A stretch of DNA of 54,998 bases, filler included, from Catajapyx aquilonaris (GCA_000934665.2; 2 parts of 2 records of this genome joined end to end with filler, not necessarily neighbours in it), one strand, 5' to 3'; shown: positions 11,270 to 24,710, numbered from the whole stretch's first letter. Program-made: numbers and translations. The notes: a model not told the origin generated them from the letters alone.

Positions 11270-11814
11270 AGATGCTCGGACCGGCCAATGGGAGAGTGGC
11301 CGCATACTAAGAAGGAAAAAAAAACCCTTTGTCGCGGCCTGGAAAAAAATTATAGTGAAAATGTAGAGACAAGATCTGGCTGTCCTAATGCAAGACGGAG
11401 CCAAATCTCACACTGCGGGAGATTCAATCGCCAGGATCAAGGAGACAGCAGGAAAGGTCTGGGAAGATTGGCCTGGGAACTCCCCAGATTTGAATCCTGT
11501 CGAGCATGTATGGGCCAAACTGCAGGAGTCAGTTTTTAAGGAACCTCGACCACGCACACGGGAACAACTGCTCGCCCCCGAGTGAAAGAAGAGTGGCGGT
11601 CCCTGAGCCAGGATTCACTTTTCAAGCTAACAGATAGCTTTGGGCGCAGGCTAGAGCAGTGCTTGAAAAATAAGGGAAAATATACTAAATATTGAAGGGC
11701 AATCTGTTACCTGTCAAATAAAAGTGGTTCTGAAATGATATCTCGTTTCATGTAGTTTTTATAACGTTTAAAAGCAAAACCTGCGGGGTTCCGAAACTTT
11801 CCGTCCACCCTGTA
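11270..11814 (+). mobile_element. Tc1-like transposon 3' fragment with right TIR
   Basis: QDGAKSH..WPGNSPDLNPVEHVW (35 residues between D and E); frameshift near 11578; ends ccgtccaccctg+TA at 11812-11814. Confidence 0.88.
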
Positions 11815-11924
11815 TTAATGACTAAAGCTTCAAACTAGACATATTGCAACTTGTGTGGGTCTATAATACGTGTCATCAAATATGAAATATGTGGTTCAAA
11901 TAAAGGTACCATCTTGTCAAATGC

Positions 11925-12766
11925 AAGGTATCAAAGGGTCAGCAATCCACATCGGGGAGGATTATTCCCGGGAGGCCAGAAGGGAGCTGATGCCCTTTCT
12001 CAAGGACTTTAAACAAAAAAACAAAAAAAAAAACTACAAAGCCCAGTTGCGTGTTGATACTTTGGTGGTCGATAATGTGCCTTATCGTTTGAAGGATGGG
12101 AAATTGGTTAAGTGCAGTTCATACCAGCACTCCTATGCAGGGGCGGTTTCCAACGTTGCCGCAGGAGGTCAGCCAGGGAATCCTGGGCCATCGAAGCGGC
12201 AGTCTTCCGTTTCCCCGGCGTCATATGCTGCTGCAGCGAAACACCAGAAGTCGGTAAATGGAGCTATCCAAGATGAGAACGAGGAGCATGAAGTAGAAAT
12301 CACCGAGGGGGGACTGGGTGATGAAGCAAGAAAACAACCTGCGTGGAACTGATGTGAGGATGGGGAGCAGTGCAGTCGGTGGTGCCGTTGCACGCCGACT
12401 TTGGTCAGCTCATGGTTAGGGTTAGGATTGCAAACGAGGCGCAAGCGCATAACTCAGGGTCCCTGTCCTATCCATTGTCGGAGGTTACCGCTCGGGATGA
12501 GAAATTAAATTTGAAAGGAAGAAAGCACTTAGCCTTTTTAGAGAGGTGGAATCTGCCTATTTTAAATGGTTCTCGCCCTTCGGATTCTCCCAGTGGTTTT
12601 ACATTTGTGGGGGCGCAAGGGCAAAGCGGGCAAAGCACCATTGACTACAATATATGTTTGTCTCCCAGGAAATGCTGAATAGTTGCTTGGATTTTGTAGT
12701 CTATCCCTCCATAGTTTCGGACCATCTTCCTATTTACGCAACTTTCCAAAAGTGTTCACAGCCGGT
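11925..12766 (+). mobile_element. Non-LTR retrotransposon fragment: ORF1 C-terminus plus APE endonuclease piece (L2/CR1-like group)
   Basis: IGEDYSREARREL..AQLRVDTLVVDN; RDEKLNLKG..ILNG..FTFVG..STIDY; SDHLPI at about 12717. Confidence 0.75.
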
Positions 12767-13474
12767 TGTAACCATAAGTGACTAGTTGGGATTTCGCTCA
12801 CGACACATGACTAGGGGGATGGTAACCTGACAAGCCCAAGCTAGTCAGCCTACTAGCCCTAGGACCTGACTAGTTCTCGCGCCTCGTCAGCTGACCAACG
12901 GCACTAGTCTCTCGACTCTCTTGTCTTGAATGGGGTATGAGCTCTGTCAGAGCACGACGGTGCAGTTTCGGACATAAGAATGTGACTCCGATTAGGATGA
13001 ATGAACGCGTGAGAGGGAGGATTTTTTGAGGCCGTTGGACTGTTGTCTTCTCTTAGTGGGCAATTCCTGTTGTGGTGATCATCACATCAAGTCAGAAACG
13101 CACTAGAGTACGTTACCGTGTGTATTCATTTCACACGTCAACATTTGTTTGAACTAGTGGTCCTTGTGTGTGCGGATCTTACTTTGCATTCGTATTTTCA
13201 GCCAGATCCTGCAGCACTGGAGGCTGTGCCAGTAACTGTTTCATGTTTACAGTAATGGACGGACGCAGTGTCTCCAGTAATCCGCAGAATATACAGCAGA
13301 TATACCTGTGCAGCTCCTACTTTTAGTGGCTAATGTACTGTATGCTTATTCTGCCTTGCCAATGGAGCTTTGCCGGATATCTTGTATTGCTGGGCATTGT
13401 TATGACGGATAATGCAAATTAGCTGAAAATAAACCTTATTTCATTAGCACTTGAGGTACCACATATCATTTACA
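12767..13474 (+). mobile_element. Putative solo LTR
   Basis: TGTAA...TTACA ends, AATAAA at 13428, flanks ccggt/cgggt (4 of 5 TSD match); related motifs recur at 13597-13630 and 13930-13975. Confidence 0.5.
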
Positions 13475-15919
13475 CGGGTTAAATGTTCGTTCGTCTGCTC
13501 TGTACCCGTCTCCAGTCTTGTTTTTCAACTGATTTCCCTCCGATTGTCGACTGATTCCAGTTCAGGGCTGGTATGCTGATCCATTGTGCTCACCAGAAAT
13601 ATACCGGTGCAGCAGATATACCTGTGCAGGTGGTATCCAGTCTTTTATGATGGTTGATTAAAGTGGCAGCGTCTCTGGATTCCTTAATTTCAATGACTGA
13701 CTCTTCTTGGTGGTTGGGAAAGTGTACTTTTCCTTATTGACAGTCGCGATGCTGCTATGCCTCACTTCCAAGGTGGCCTCTCACCATTGCCGTTGGCCCA
13801 GCACGGTCAGGTTTAGCCCATATACTCTATAGCTGTCTATAGTCTATCTATACTATCATGTCACCCGGCGTTGCCCGGGTGTACTGTGGTATATTGTGGT
13901 CTGATTGTGGTGCAAGTGGTTGTGGTGCATCAATAAGTTGTAAGATTCTGCTTATTGAGAGTGAAGTACCACATCCTCTGTAGCATCCTTGTGCACAGAT
14001 ACAGTACAGAGGGCTGATAAGTAGTTATCGGCCACATATTGTAATTTTATCAAGGGTGTCACTAAAAATTCTTACGAGTCTCCATGGGAGTTATCTTCAG
14101 ATTTACTCAGGAGAGGTTGTTAGCTAGTATATGAGCCATTTTGTTGCAAACCGATATTCCACCTCTATCCACTGCCACTTCTGGTACTATATTCTGCCAA
14201 TTCCAAGTACCGGAATTCCGTTTCACCTGTGACCCGGTGCGAATGGGCCAGGATACGTCCATCTGTAGTTCTGTGATGCCTGATGGAGCCACGCTACCAG
14301 TATCCGTGGCCGTCAATGGCACTTTCCTCTCTGTCACTAGCTCGGCACTGATATTCGCCATCTCCCAGCCAAATGGCGTGCAGTGTACGCGTTTTGACTT
14401 CAGATATGGATGGTACACACCGTAACTAGCGTAACAAAGACACTGGGCGTCACTGGGCGTCCTACGAAGATATTACAGGAACAGCGTCATACTGTCAGAG
14501 TTTTGGCAATTTTTATGACCCATAAAAATGGAAGAAGAGGATTCAGTGAAATACCTCTCAGCTATGCTACTGGCATCGTCCGTCGTGCCGTCGTCGCGGT
14601 TGTAATGATGTTATCTGGTGTCACCCTGGCGGTACATTGTGGTCCACACGGGTGAGTCAAGTGTATGACGCCTGTTCGGTTGTTCCTTACCAATGTAATA
14701 TTGCTAGGCCTAGCCAAGGGCCTACTATTGCAACGTCACAGCCACACCTCATCTTTTTGGCCTGTTTATCGTAATATTATTTTACAGGTCCTAACAACAA
14801 GGTCAGATGTACTTGCTGTTAGCGACAGTGCAGTCACTTTACTTATAAAATGTAACACATGGAAGCAAGCCATGGCACTTGATAAGCAAATGATGTATTG
14901 GAATAACACTGTATTATTTATTAATGATAGCTGTTGAGAGAAAGAGGTTCATTAAAACTAACAGTCATAAAGATGTTGCTGCCTCTCAGCAAATGTATAC
15001 ATGTCCGTTCGGGTAGCAAGTGGCAATTAATATGCCACAGTAACACTAACAGCAGAAGATGAAGGAACCCGTGCATTACACAAGCAAGAAGGTTCATTAC
15101 TGGTTTGCCAACCAACACAGTTTGACTTCGGTTGCACACACACATGAACCGCAAGATGCCTATTGTATTCATATTGACAGTGTGTTGTATAGTGCAACAG
15201 CTGCTGAACCGTACACCGGTGCAGCGGACAGGACCATATTGGGCCAACTGCGTTATCCCAGCGATGATCATCCGGTGGCCCCAGTCACAATCCGATCAGC
15301 GTATAGCGAAAATTACTGCAACATCACAACACCGATGGATTGGGATGGACGAGACAAGACCGCCATATAAGACAGCATGCCATCTGCCGTTTCATTTCGT
15401 TTAGTGAGTTTCAAGCATTCCATGACTATGTGTATACACAAACTGCCCAGGTAGGCGCTGTGCTAATGACATAAGAATACAACCAAATTGTCAAATAGAA
15501 AGCACAAGTGCGCGGTAATAAGCTTCGAGTACTGCTAATATCACGTATTTTGTGTGTATGTACCCGACAGATGTAGTGCGTATAACTTGTTAGTGGCATG
15601 ATTACTATAACCACGAAGATAGTGACATCCATAAACGTTTGAACTGTTTTCGTCATGTCATGCCCGCGACCTATGCTACTCCATCCCAACAATCCCATCA
15701 TCGAGCAATAAATTAAGATGTCTCAGATGCCCCCTCCCCCTTCGCCACAAGACCCCCTTAGGTCGGTTCCAGCCCGGGACCTACCCCCAGACCGCCCCTA
15801 ATCCATCGGAAGAGGGTGTCACAATTGCATGCAACATATCGAAATCACGACCCTCAGTAGCTCTTAAAGCTGGGTATAATTCAAGAGTATGAGCAGATCT
15901 TGACCGTCTTGTTAGTGGC

Positions 15920-16610
15920 ATGGCAGTAGTAGTGTGGCAGACAAAAGGACCAACTATGAAGAAGACTGGGTCTGATAACTTGACAGCAGGATTCCGAAAA
16001 GCCGGAATATATCCGTTAAACCCAGGTGAGGTGAAATCCCTCCTTCCAAATGCTGCTGCTGTTGGAGATGACGTGGCTAAATCGGTTGGGGTTACATTTT
16101 TGGAGCACCTGCAGAAGTACCGGAGCGAAATTACCAAGATCAAGTCAAGGAAACGCAAGCGCTTAGAAGTCTCACCAGGTCGGAGTATCAGCAGAGATGA
16201 TATACTGGTACCTGTTGCAGGACCTAGTTCACTTCCACAGCCAAAACAAGGCAGGAAGAAGAAGCGGGAAAAGAATACTTAGATTTCTTCAGAAGACGAC
16301 AGCACAGATAATGAGTCGCAGCATGAAAAAATCCCGTATGCCAGTGACACAGAGTCAGAAAAGATGAAGCCGGCATCGGTATACCCGTTGACAATCAGAG
16401 AAGCAACGACGTTGCCGAAGACGATCTGGAGTCAGATGGCGATATTGGTAGGGTACACTTGCAGGTGAATTTTCGAAACAGTGCTTTCTCTGTATCAGTA
16501 GGAAACTTCATACAATTTTCTTCTTTCAGTTAACGGCAGAAGATGATGGGGCCTATGTCAGTGTGATGAGAAGCGGAAGGAATTGGAAATGGCCGAAGGA
16601 AAATGTTGAA
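15920..16610 (+). mobile_element. pogo/Tigger-like transposase C-terminal fragment
   Basis: NLTAGFRKAGIYPLNP motif, basic and acidic tail, NWKWPKE motif near 16580. Confidence 0.7.
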
Positions 16611-16933
16611 TTATTTTTTGTGTGTGTGAGAACTGCACAGGGCATTGCCAGTTTGCTGGAATCTGAGGCATCTAGTAAGCTATGTATAGGACAATAGGGA
16701 GAACTTTTTTTTGCCTTATAAGGGTGTGTTATGCAGTGTAGGGAAGGGTGACGACGTCATAGACGATAGAAAAGAGGTGGTCACCAGAAGCCAGGAACAC
16801 ATCCAGATCAGACTCCGAAGAAACAAGATGTGGCCTTCCCATACCCTAGCAATCGAGAAGGGACCCTTGATGAGGGGGTCACTGGTGGTCTTGGGATTGG
16901 CTCTCCACCTGGCCACCAGGAAGAAAAAGATAA

Positions 16934-17732
16934 GGAGCATTTACACGAGCGATCTTTGGCCAGGAAGTTTCCTGGCCAAAGGTCGCCAAGACCGTTCACA
17001 CGCTAGTGGCCAGGTTCGGCCAGGAAGGGAAGGTCGCCACCCGAGTCAGGAAAAGCTGGCTGGGCCGGCCATGCTCCGGAAGATGGCCAGCCACATGCGC
17101 AGTTGGGGCCCTCCCCAAACCCCAACTCCGTCTACCCTCCCTTCCACAGTTCCACTCGAGCCGGGGAAAAATGGCGGCGGCCGCAGGTTCGAGGGTAGCC
17201 ATGAACTCCTGGAGTAGGGACGAGACCCTGGCCCTCCTGGACATCTGGGGGCAGCCCCAGTGTCAGGAGGCGCTGAAAAACGCCGCCCGAAATAAGGTGG
17301 TGTTTGGGCGCATCGCAGAGGACCTAAAGGCAACGTGCGGTAGCGGCCGAACTGCGGTGCAGTGCCGCGAGAAGGTCCGAAAGCTTGTAAGAAAATACTA
17401 CGTCAAAAAGGCGAGGTCCACGTCCGCGTCGGGGAGGGTGGAATGGGAACATTTCGATTTCATTCACGGGGTGTTGGGTGGGAGACCATCTGAGAGGCCT
17501 GCATTCCTGTTGGAGTCGACGCCAGCTGCAGCGCTAGCCCAAGCAGCACAAATCCTGGCTGGACAGCCTGTAACCCAAGGTAGGTGCCTGTTTTACCCGT
17601 GAACCCAGGGGAAAACCAAGCAACTAAATTATTCCGGGTATTGTAACATTTACCTCATTACAGAAGCACCCTGCTCTGACGATGAGAATGTCAGCCAGCT
17701 GTGGAGTGAGGACCCGCTGGTGGTACAGAGAG
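16934..17732 (+). mobile_element. PIF/Harbinger 5' end with Myb/SANT-like (trihelix) DNA-binding gene, ATG 17171
   Basis: TAA|GGAGCATTTACAC terminus; WSRDETLALLDIW..RNKVVFGRIA..RTAVQCREKVRKL..WEHFDFIHGVLG; intron 17580-17663; no nuclease ORF present. Confidence 0.75.
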
Positions 17733-17889
17733 GTACGGTCATCACACAATTCACTCTCTTTGCTAGTTGCACAAGTGATATGTTTTAACCCTGGATCCAT
17801 GACATAATGCCATGTATGCTCCAAGCATATTCAGTGGCAAGGCATGGTCTGAAGGCTTGTGCAAGGGCTTACAAAGACAGACCAGAGCA

Positions 17890-18193
17890 TGGCAGTGTTC
17901 AAAGTGATCCTCCAGTCCAAAATTGGAACGACGCGACGACTCCTCGGAAGAGGAGGCCTGGCCTGACCCAGTGGATATGGAGCAGTCTTTTTTTTTTTTT
18001 TTTGGAACTGTATGTTGCAAGGTACAACCCTCGCTGGTTGGAGCACGTAAGGAAACATCTGGACAGGACATTCACCAGTTTGGAGGAGTACTGTGCATTT
18101 AAGACCTTCTGTAACATGACCGATTGTCCGGGCAACCAGTATCTGTCACCCCTGATGGTGGGGCCGGGAAACGGGCGTGTTGCGGAGTATTAG
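17890..18193 (+). pseudogene. Second copy of the unknown HxxxH..CxxxxC family, frameshifted
   Basis: SVQSDP, then EEEAWPDP in another frame (cf. EESWPEP), T16 run at 17988-18003, then HVRKHLD..FCNMTDCPGNQYL. Confidence 0.6.
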
Positions 18194-18329
18194 TGTCACA
18201 AAAAGGAGAAGAACAGTATACGGATGAAGTTACAAAGTATCGGAAATAGTCCAAAAATAAATAAATAAATAAATAGTTATATATAATAAGGGTATTAATT
18301 TTTGTAAATGTATTACAATGAGGGTTTCG

Positions 18330-18862
18330 TTGAGGCAAGCAAGTAATGGTTTCCTTAGAGGAACGCTTCGATCTACTTAAGGCCCACAATTAAACATGGA
18401 GTTTTCTGTACGAATTGCAGAACCTTCCCGACAAGGACACTTTAAGAAGACACTGCATGCATCTGCATAGTGCTTTGACTGATGGCGGCAATAATATATT
18501 GTGACATTAATGGGGCCGAACTGTACAACGAGTTGTGCCATTTTCCTGCAGAACTGCTGACTCAAGAGGCTTAACCGATGGCAGTGTTAAACTTCATGCA
18601 CGCGAAAGGTCTTTGCGATGTCTTTTCAAATTTGTGGGTAGCGCTGCGCATTTCGATGACAATCCCTGTGACTGTGGCAAGTGGGGAGAGAACTTTTTCG
18701 AAGCTGAAGCTGATCAAAACTTTTTTGCGTTCCCAGCTGAGTGACAAGAAACTGACTTCTCTCGCCATTCTCTCTACAGAAAATGATGTAGCGAAGTCAC
18801 TAGATTTTAGTGATATGATATCCGACTTCGCCAATGTGAAAGCCAGAAGAAAACCTTTCTGA
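18330..18862 (+). mobile_element. hAT (ZMYM1-like) transposase C-terminal dimerisation domain fragment
   Basis: TIPVTVASGERTFSKLKLIKTFLRSQLSDKKLTSLAILSTE..FANVKARR. Confidence 0.9.
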
Positions 18863-19267
18863 GCTGCATTGTCACTCTGAGCCATATTACCTCTCATATT
18901 GCGGCAGGGTGGTATAAAATTTTTGGCCAAATTTTTTGGAATGCTTCTGGTATACTATAAAATAATGTTACAATGAAAATGGGCGAGTGTACATGCATTT
19001 AAAAAGTGTAGAGTGTATGACCAATCCATCATCAGCCTGCTTTGAGAGGGGAACCCCCTACTCTAACATACTGTTTAAATAGAGATTATTGCCAAACACT
19101 TCGATTGAAAACAATATACTGGTATGGTACAGGTATACACTATTTGGAAAATGTGCCTTTTCGATAGCCTTTACGTGAATGCCGATTTTCAGGCAAATGT
19201 CAAGTTCAGAAAGGATAATGTAACATGTGAAAACCTCGCCTTATACCGGCATGCCCGTATAGCCATA

Positions 19268-20277
19268 TACCTCCAAAAAATGCGTTTTGTTGCCTCTGCG
19301 GTTTTATTGCCAAAAAGTATATGACCTTTGTACATGGATGTAGCACTTGTGAAAAGATTGTGAAGAGTGACCATCAAAGTGACCCAGGCACAATTGTCAT
19401 AGCACATAGGCAGTTCAGCCATTGCTCCCTCACCTATCCCAAAGCAGAGTTGTCCACATTCTTGCTACAGTGTGAAAAGATTTATGTGCAGTCATTCTCC
19501 ATTTTCGGCCATGAACATGATGTGAAAAAATATTTGGCTCTGATTAAACAATCAACATACATACGTACTTGTAGTAAGCATGACTTTGACAGATTGGTAG
19601 ATTTCTACATACGAGTGAGAATATACTTTTCTTTGCATGACTCGAATAATAAGCTAACCTCGAATCAGATAAGCTGCCTCTGCCTGACTGCCGCTCTCAA
19701 TGTTACGCCAAGGCTGTAGTTATGTCCGGTCATTTATCTGGGGTGCAACAAAGAATTTTGCATCGGAATCCCAAAGCTTTGTTTATGAATAATTGCTACA
19801 ACCACAGCCTAAATTGGGTCGGAATGCTTGCTGCTGGAAGTGAAATTGTGGCTGTCACCTTCTTTGGAACTGTGGACGCATTATATGTATTCTTCTCTCA
19901 GTCAACAATTCGGTGGCATCTATTAGCTGGTGCTGGTGTGTCTGTCAAAAGAGAGTCAGAAACTCGTTGGAGTGCCTGAGAAGCTGCTGTTACATCCTTG
20001 GAGAAGATGGTGAGATTGTGGAAAGTCAGATGTCCACGGGTAACACAGGGTACCAAGTCATCATTGCAACCTCATTATTGTGAGTAGACCTGCCACAAAA
20101 TTTGCACTGGAACGGAATCCAAAGGACTTTGGACCCTGTCCTTATTGTCTTGGATTCTACCTGAAATCTGATATCCGGCGACATGGAAACACCTGTTCTC
20201 AGAGAAGACACAAGGAGGGCGATGAAAGTGAAACAAATGTGAAAAAGCCAGTTCCTCTTTGAAAGATACAAGGCAAA
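19268..20277 (+). repeat. About 1-kb chimeric cassette, copy 1: P/THAP9 C-terminus + hAT core piece + PCPYCLGF-containing piece
   Basis: LCGFIAKK..CSTC..LTYPK..FYIRVRIYF; MSGHLSGVQQRI..KRESETRWSA; GPCPYCLGFYLKSDIRRH; near-identical to 25327-26338. Confidence 0.85.
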
Positions 20278-20329
20278 AGCCAACAATATTTGATATCTCA
20301 ATACCTTCGGGAAATGAGGCGACTGCTCA

Positions 20330-21560
20330 AGAAACTGGCTAAGGATCACAGCACAACGAATTGAATGGTTGGCTATTTCACCCCAGTATGGAGTGTATCA
20401 AAGATCAACAGAGTGATCACTTCCATACAATCATGTAACTAAAATGTTGCCCCCAGACCCTCTTCATGACCTATTCGAGGGAACTGTTCCAACAGTGACG
20501 AAACTAGTTGTAGAGGAGGCCACCCAAAAGAAATACTTCCGTGCGAGTTTGCATTCAATTTCCATGGACAATTTTAGGGAGGCTGTGGTCGACAATCTCA
20601 GACATTCTCTTTCCGAGGCACAAAGACAAACTTTGGAAGGTGTACTGAACATGCCTGATCCTTTGGAGAAGTTAAAAACGCTCTCCAAACAAAGCGTTGA
20701 ACAGGTCATTGAGAGACACTTTCATTTTGTAGTTCCTCCAAAAACCATTTATCTGCCTGAAACTACCAATATGTCTCCATTATTCAAGTTCTGAAATGTT
20801 ACTTAGATATGAAAGATATTTTACATGAAGTTGTACGTGGTCATCAGAGTAAGAAAGGACTCTACAGGGATTATTGTGATGGGGAACTGTACAATAAGAA
20901 CAGTTTCTTTCAAGAAAACCCATCTGTTCTGCAAATTGTGCTATACTTTGATGAATTTCAGTGTGCAAATCCTTTGCGTAAGTAGGTCAATTGATTACAA
21001 GCTCGCTGCTGTCTATTTCACTTTGGGCAACATTGATCCAAAATATCGTTCCAAGCTAAAGATGATAAACCTTCTAGTCCTCTGTCAAAGTATATATCTG
21101 AAGAAAGTCGGCATGAGTGTTATTTTAGAGCCATTGCTTGAAGAACTGAAATTGTTGGAGACAATTGGTATTGATGTTTGTGTTCAAGGACAAAATAAAA
21201 ACTTCAAAGGAACAGTTACTGCAGTCTTGTCAGACAACTTAGGCGCCCACATGATTGGTGGGTTTGTAGAGAGTTTTAATTCATTGCGGGTTTGCCGGTT
21301 CTGCATGACGACGCGAGAAGAGGCACAGCAGTATTGCAATATGGATAGATTTACATTACGAACTCACCATACATATGATTACCATGCACGTCTAGCACAG
21401 GAAGACAGCACTTTGGGAAAAGTGTATGGAATCAAAAGTGCCTCAGTCTTTTCTTTGCTAAAACATAATCATATTATATAATGTTGCCTCCTGACCCATT
21501 GCACGATTTATTGGAAGGGGTGGTACCCACTGTCATGACACATATTATCAAAGACGCGCA
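20330..21560 (+). pseudogene. Second EnSpm/CMC-like transposase family, two fragments
   Basis: LQIVLYFDEF..ANPL, YKLAAVYFTLGNIDPKYRSKL, VLSDNLGAHMIGGFVESF..CRFC; LPPDPLHDL(F/L)EG occurs twice (20444, 21481). Confidence 0.75.
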
Positions 21561-22954
21561 GCAGAAAAAACTCTTTAACTGCCTTAGTCTGCCCTGGGCT
21601 TGGTTGGGTGTCCAGCTCAGATAGCAAAAAGGGGCAAAACTATATATTTTTTTTGCTTCTTCTTCCATCGTTATACTAACAAGAGAGTAACAAGTATTAC
21701 ACATTTGTGACCGTCAGTGGACAGTCGGCTGCAGTGTAAGGTGGGCCTGAGGTGTAGCTATAAGCACAAGAGTCCGTCTGTCTTCATGGAGATTTATTAT
21801 GTGAGTACACACTAATAACTAATAAGTAATAATTGAAGGTGGCGTCGTTTGATCTTATCATTAATAATGTTTCCCATTTCGTTCAGATGTTCTGCGTGAT
21901 TTTGGTGTCCGGCCCCTGCATGTTGGGCATTCTTTCCGGGCTCAATATGTGTGTGGACGTTTTGTTTGCTGACATACCCGCCGTACGAGCGTTCGTGCGA
22001 GGATTCTTGGGGATCCACGGCTTGGGAAGTTGTAAGTTATACAGTTGATGTTTTTGCATTCCCAAAAAGTTAATAATTTACTTCTCTGCCATTTTAAGCC
22101 TGTATTCTCTTTGCGCTGATTGCCACGTGTGTTGGCATCATTTGGGTGTTTGTATCTACGTGCTGGCTTTGCTTCATGTATACAAGATGGTATATGGTTT
22201 GGTAAAAAAAAAAAAAAAACAGAAGGAAAATGTGCTGGCAAGTTTTACCGTTGTTTTCTTGTTTTTTTAAGACTACGATGGCCCTCACTCTGTCTGCTGT
22301 TCAGACATAGTGGAATACACAATTGGTTTGGCAAATTCCGACCATTTTCTATTCGGCTGTTTTGTTCTGGCTCGACCCGACGTGCATTGATGGATTTGAA
22401 TTTAGGATTCTATGGGTGACGCTTTTATACGCAACAATAACCACTTTCAGCATTTATTACATGATGACGGACTAGCACCGTTTGGACCAGGTACGTGTAT
22501 GACAAAGCTTTACGCGTATATGGGTTTATGACAAAATGGCGTTAAGTTTATCGCATTCTTTTTCCCTAGATTCCCGACCAGGACGCTGACGGCGGACCTG
22601 ATGTGAACGACGATGGAAATGACTCGGACACCAATTTTGATACCGTCAGCTCTGACGGTGACGATGACGGTGTGCCAATTTTACAACATTGGCGGTATAT
22701 TCCTGCAGTACATGAAGGCGTGGAGGTGGAAAGACTGATGTTGATTGAAAAATAGTGATCAGGTAATTTTCTATGCTGTATGATACACTGTGTTTCGGGA
22801 TAAGTTCTCTGAATTAGCATTCACCATGAACCTGTCTTCAACTTCAAGCGACTGGGAGTTCCTGGCTCCCTCTGACCCACTGAAGCTGGGGGGAGGAGAG
22901 GAAAGAAGCGACCGACATCCCCCTTCCCTGGGCCGTCCCCACCTTAGCCCCACG

Positions 22955-23321
22955 ACCGCACATCGGGCGAACGCGACGCAGGAGTTTCTTCGTGACAACA
23001 ACTTGGAAGTGATTCCTCATGCTCCCTACTCACCTGACCTGGCTCCTAGCGACTTTTGGCTGTTTCCAACGATGAAAGACACTCTTCGTGGTCGCACATT
23101 CACTAGCCGTGCCTCTATTGCATCAGCGAGTTTCCAGTGGTCAAAGCAGACTCCTAAAGAAGCGTTCGCAGCGGCCATGGAATCATGGCGTCGACGTTGC
23201 GAAAAATGTGTACGGCTGCAGGGAGATTACGTCGACAAGTGACACAAGTTTCACTGTTTTCGTGTGATTAGTTTGTGAGAAAAAAAAAATCGGAGGTGTT
23301 ATAACTTGAACGCACCTCGTA
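22955..23321 (+). mobile_element. mariner transposon 3' fragment with right TIR
   Basis: HAPYSPDLAPSDFWLFP..RCEKCVRLQGDYVDK*; ends gaacgcacctcg+TA at 23319-23321. Confidence 0.92.
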
Positions 23322-24451
23322 TGTCTAAAAAATTATATTCAATGTAGTTGCCAAAAGTTGTTTTTAGACCTAATTTTCATTCAGTGGTGTGGATGACTTG
23401 TGAGCGTGGTTGTGAGTGGTAAAAATAAAAAAAACGGCCGCAACCCATGCTGTCACATCTTCCCAGCCCAGTAGATGGAGTTAGTGGTTACCATTGCGGA
23501 GTGAATACGTCTATATTTCTTCATACCATTTTCTCACAACTGTCTTTTAATAAAACTTTAATTAGAGGTATGGATTATTTTTATTTACCCTTTTTTCCTT
23601 CCCCCCCCCCCCCNCTATTTTAGAAAAGTACCGAGGGTAGGGGCGTGGAGAACCCGCCGCAGGCGAAAAAATTTTAGTACCATAATTTTTGTGAAGTACC
23701 ATCCTTATGGAGCTTTGGTACCATAAGTTCGACTTTAGGGTCTGGCAACACTGATTGGATCGCATTGGATCAGGATCAGTGTTTCTCTAAGCATATCTGC
23801 AGGTACTTTATTGCATGTATTGTCTGAGGTTTACCAAGCTCCCACCCGTAGAAGGACTGACTTCATTTCGGCTATTTATGCCAAAGTTTATTCTCGTACC
23901 CCATAAAATAAAATAATTTTGAAGAAACTGAGTGCACCATATGATGTCAATTGGATAGGAGTCTCATACATTTCTTTTACAAAAAAAATCGACGACCATG
24001 ACCTGACACAATTTTTCCAATATGGTCGATCTGAGATGGAACCAGCCCGCAATAGGACTGCAGCCTCCCTCAGATAAGTTGACGCAATGAGCCTTAAACG
24101 GACAATAATATTCTGTATGTTGTTCCAAGGTTAAATTCTTGCAGTCAAGTACAATCATTTCTTTCAGCATCAATTGTCCAGGTCTATCATCGCAATTGGA
24201 TAATCATCAGTGAACCTCCTGAACGATATCAGAAGTCAAAACTTTTAGAAGTAATCCTGCTCTACAACAGCCATGAAGGTAAGAGCATAATAAAATTCTA
24301 CTGCAGGCTATTACCATATTCCAATACCTCAACTCGTTACACTTACTACGGTTACTAGTCACCATTTATGCTCTTCCCCAGGTTTCCTGTATAATTTTCA
24401 TGATATTGCTACTGGCGCACACTGCTACTGCCCCTCTCATACCTACCAGCA

Positions 24452-24679
24452 ATGCAAGTCGGGGGAGATCATACCCGGGATGAGTTAATTGCTGCATATT
24501 TTGGGAAAGGGTACACATACGCAGACATTTTAAATTTTCTGTTATTTTGCCACAACATGTCGTTGTCTATGTCTCGTCTGAAACAGATACTAAGGTTGAT
24601 GGGATTGAAAAGGAAGGGGTATGTGGAGTCTCCTCTGGAATCTATATGTGCAGCAATTATCCAAGAACTTGACTCTTGA
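24452..24679 (+). mobile_element. N-terminal HTH fragment of an integrase-core (IS3EU-like) transposase
   Basis: YFGKGYTYADILNFLLFCHNMSLSMSRLKQILRLMGLKRK pattern; family name is inferred from memory. Confidence 0.5.
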
Positions 24680-24710
24680 CACTGATTGTTTGACCTCAAA
24701 ATCGTCCCCC

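Noticed and set aside
13855..13885. Helitron-type terminal motif acccggcgttgcccgggt suggesting Helitron capture of the mosaic
   Set aside because: Only one short hairpin; no Rep/helicase piece or matching CTAG terminus identified
14540..14612. GT2 glycosyltransferase-like DDGTTDDASSIAERY on the minus strand
   Set aside because: Lacks the preceding hydrophobic strand and follows a stop; likely chance
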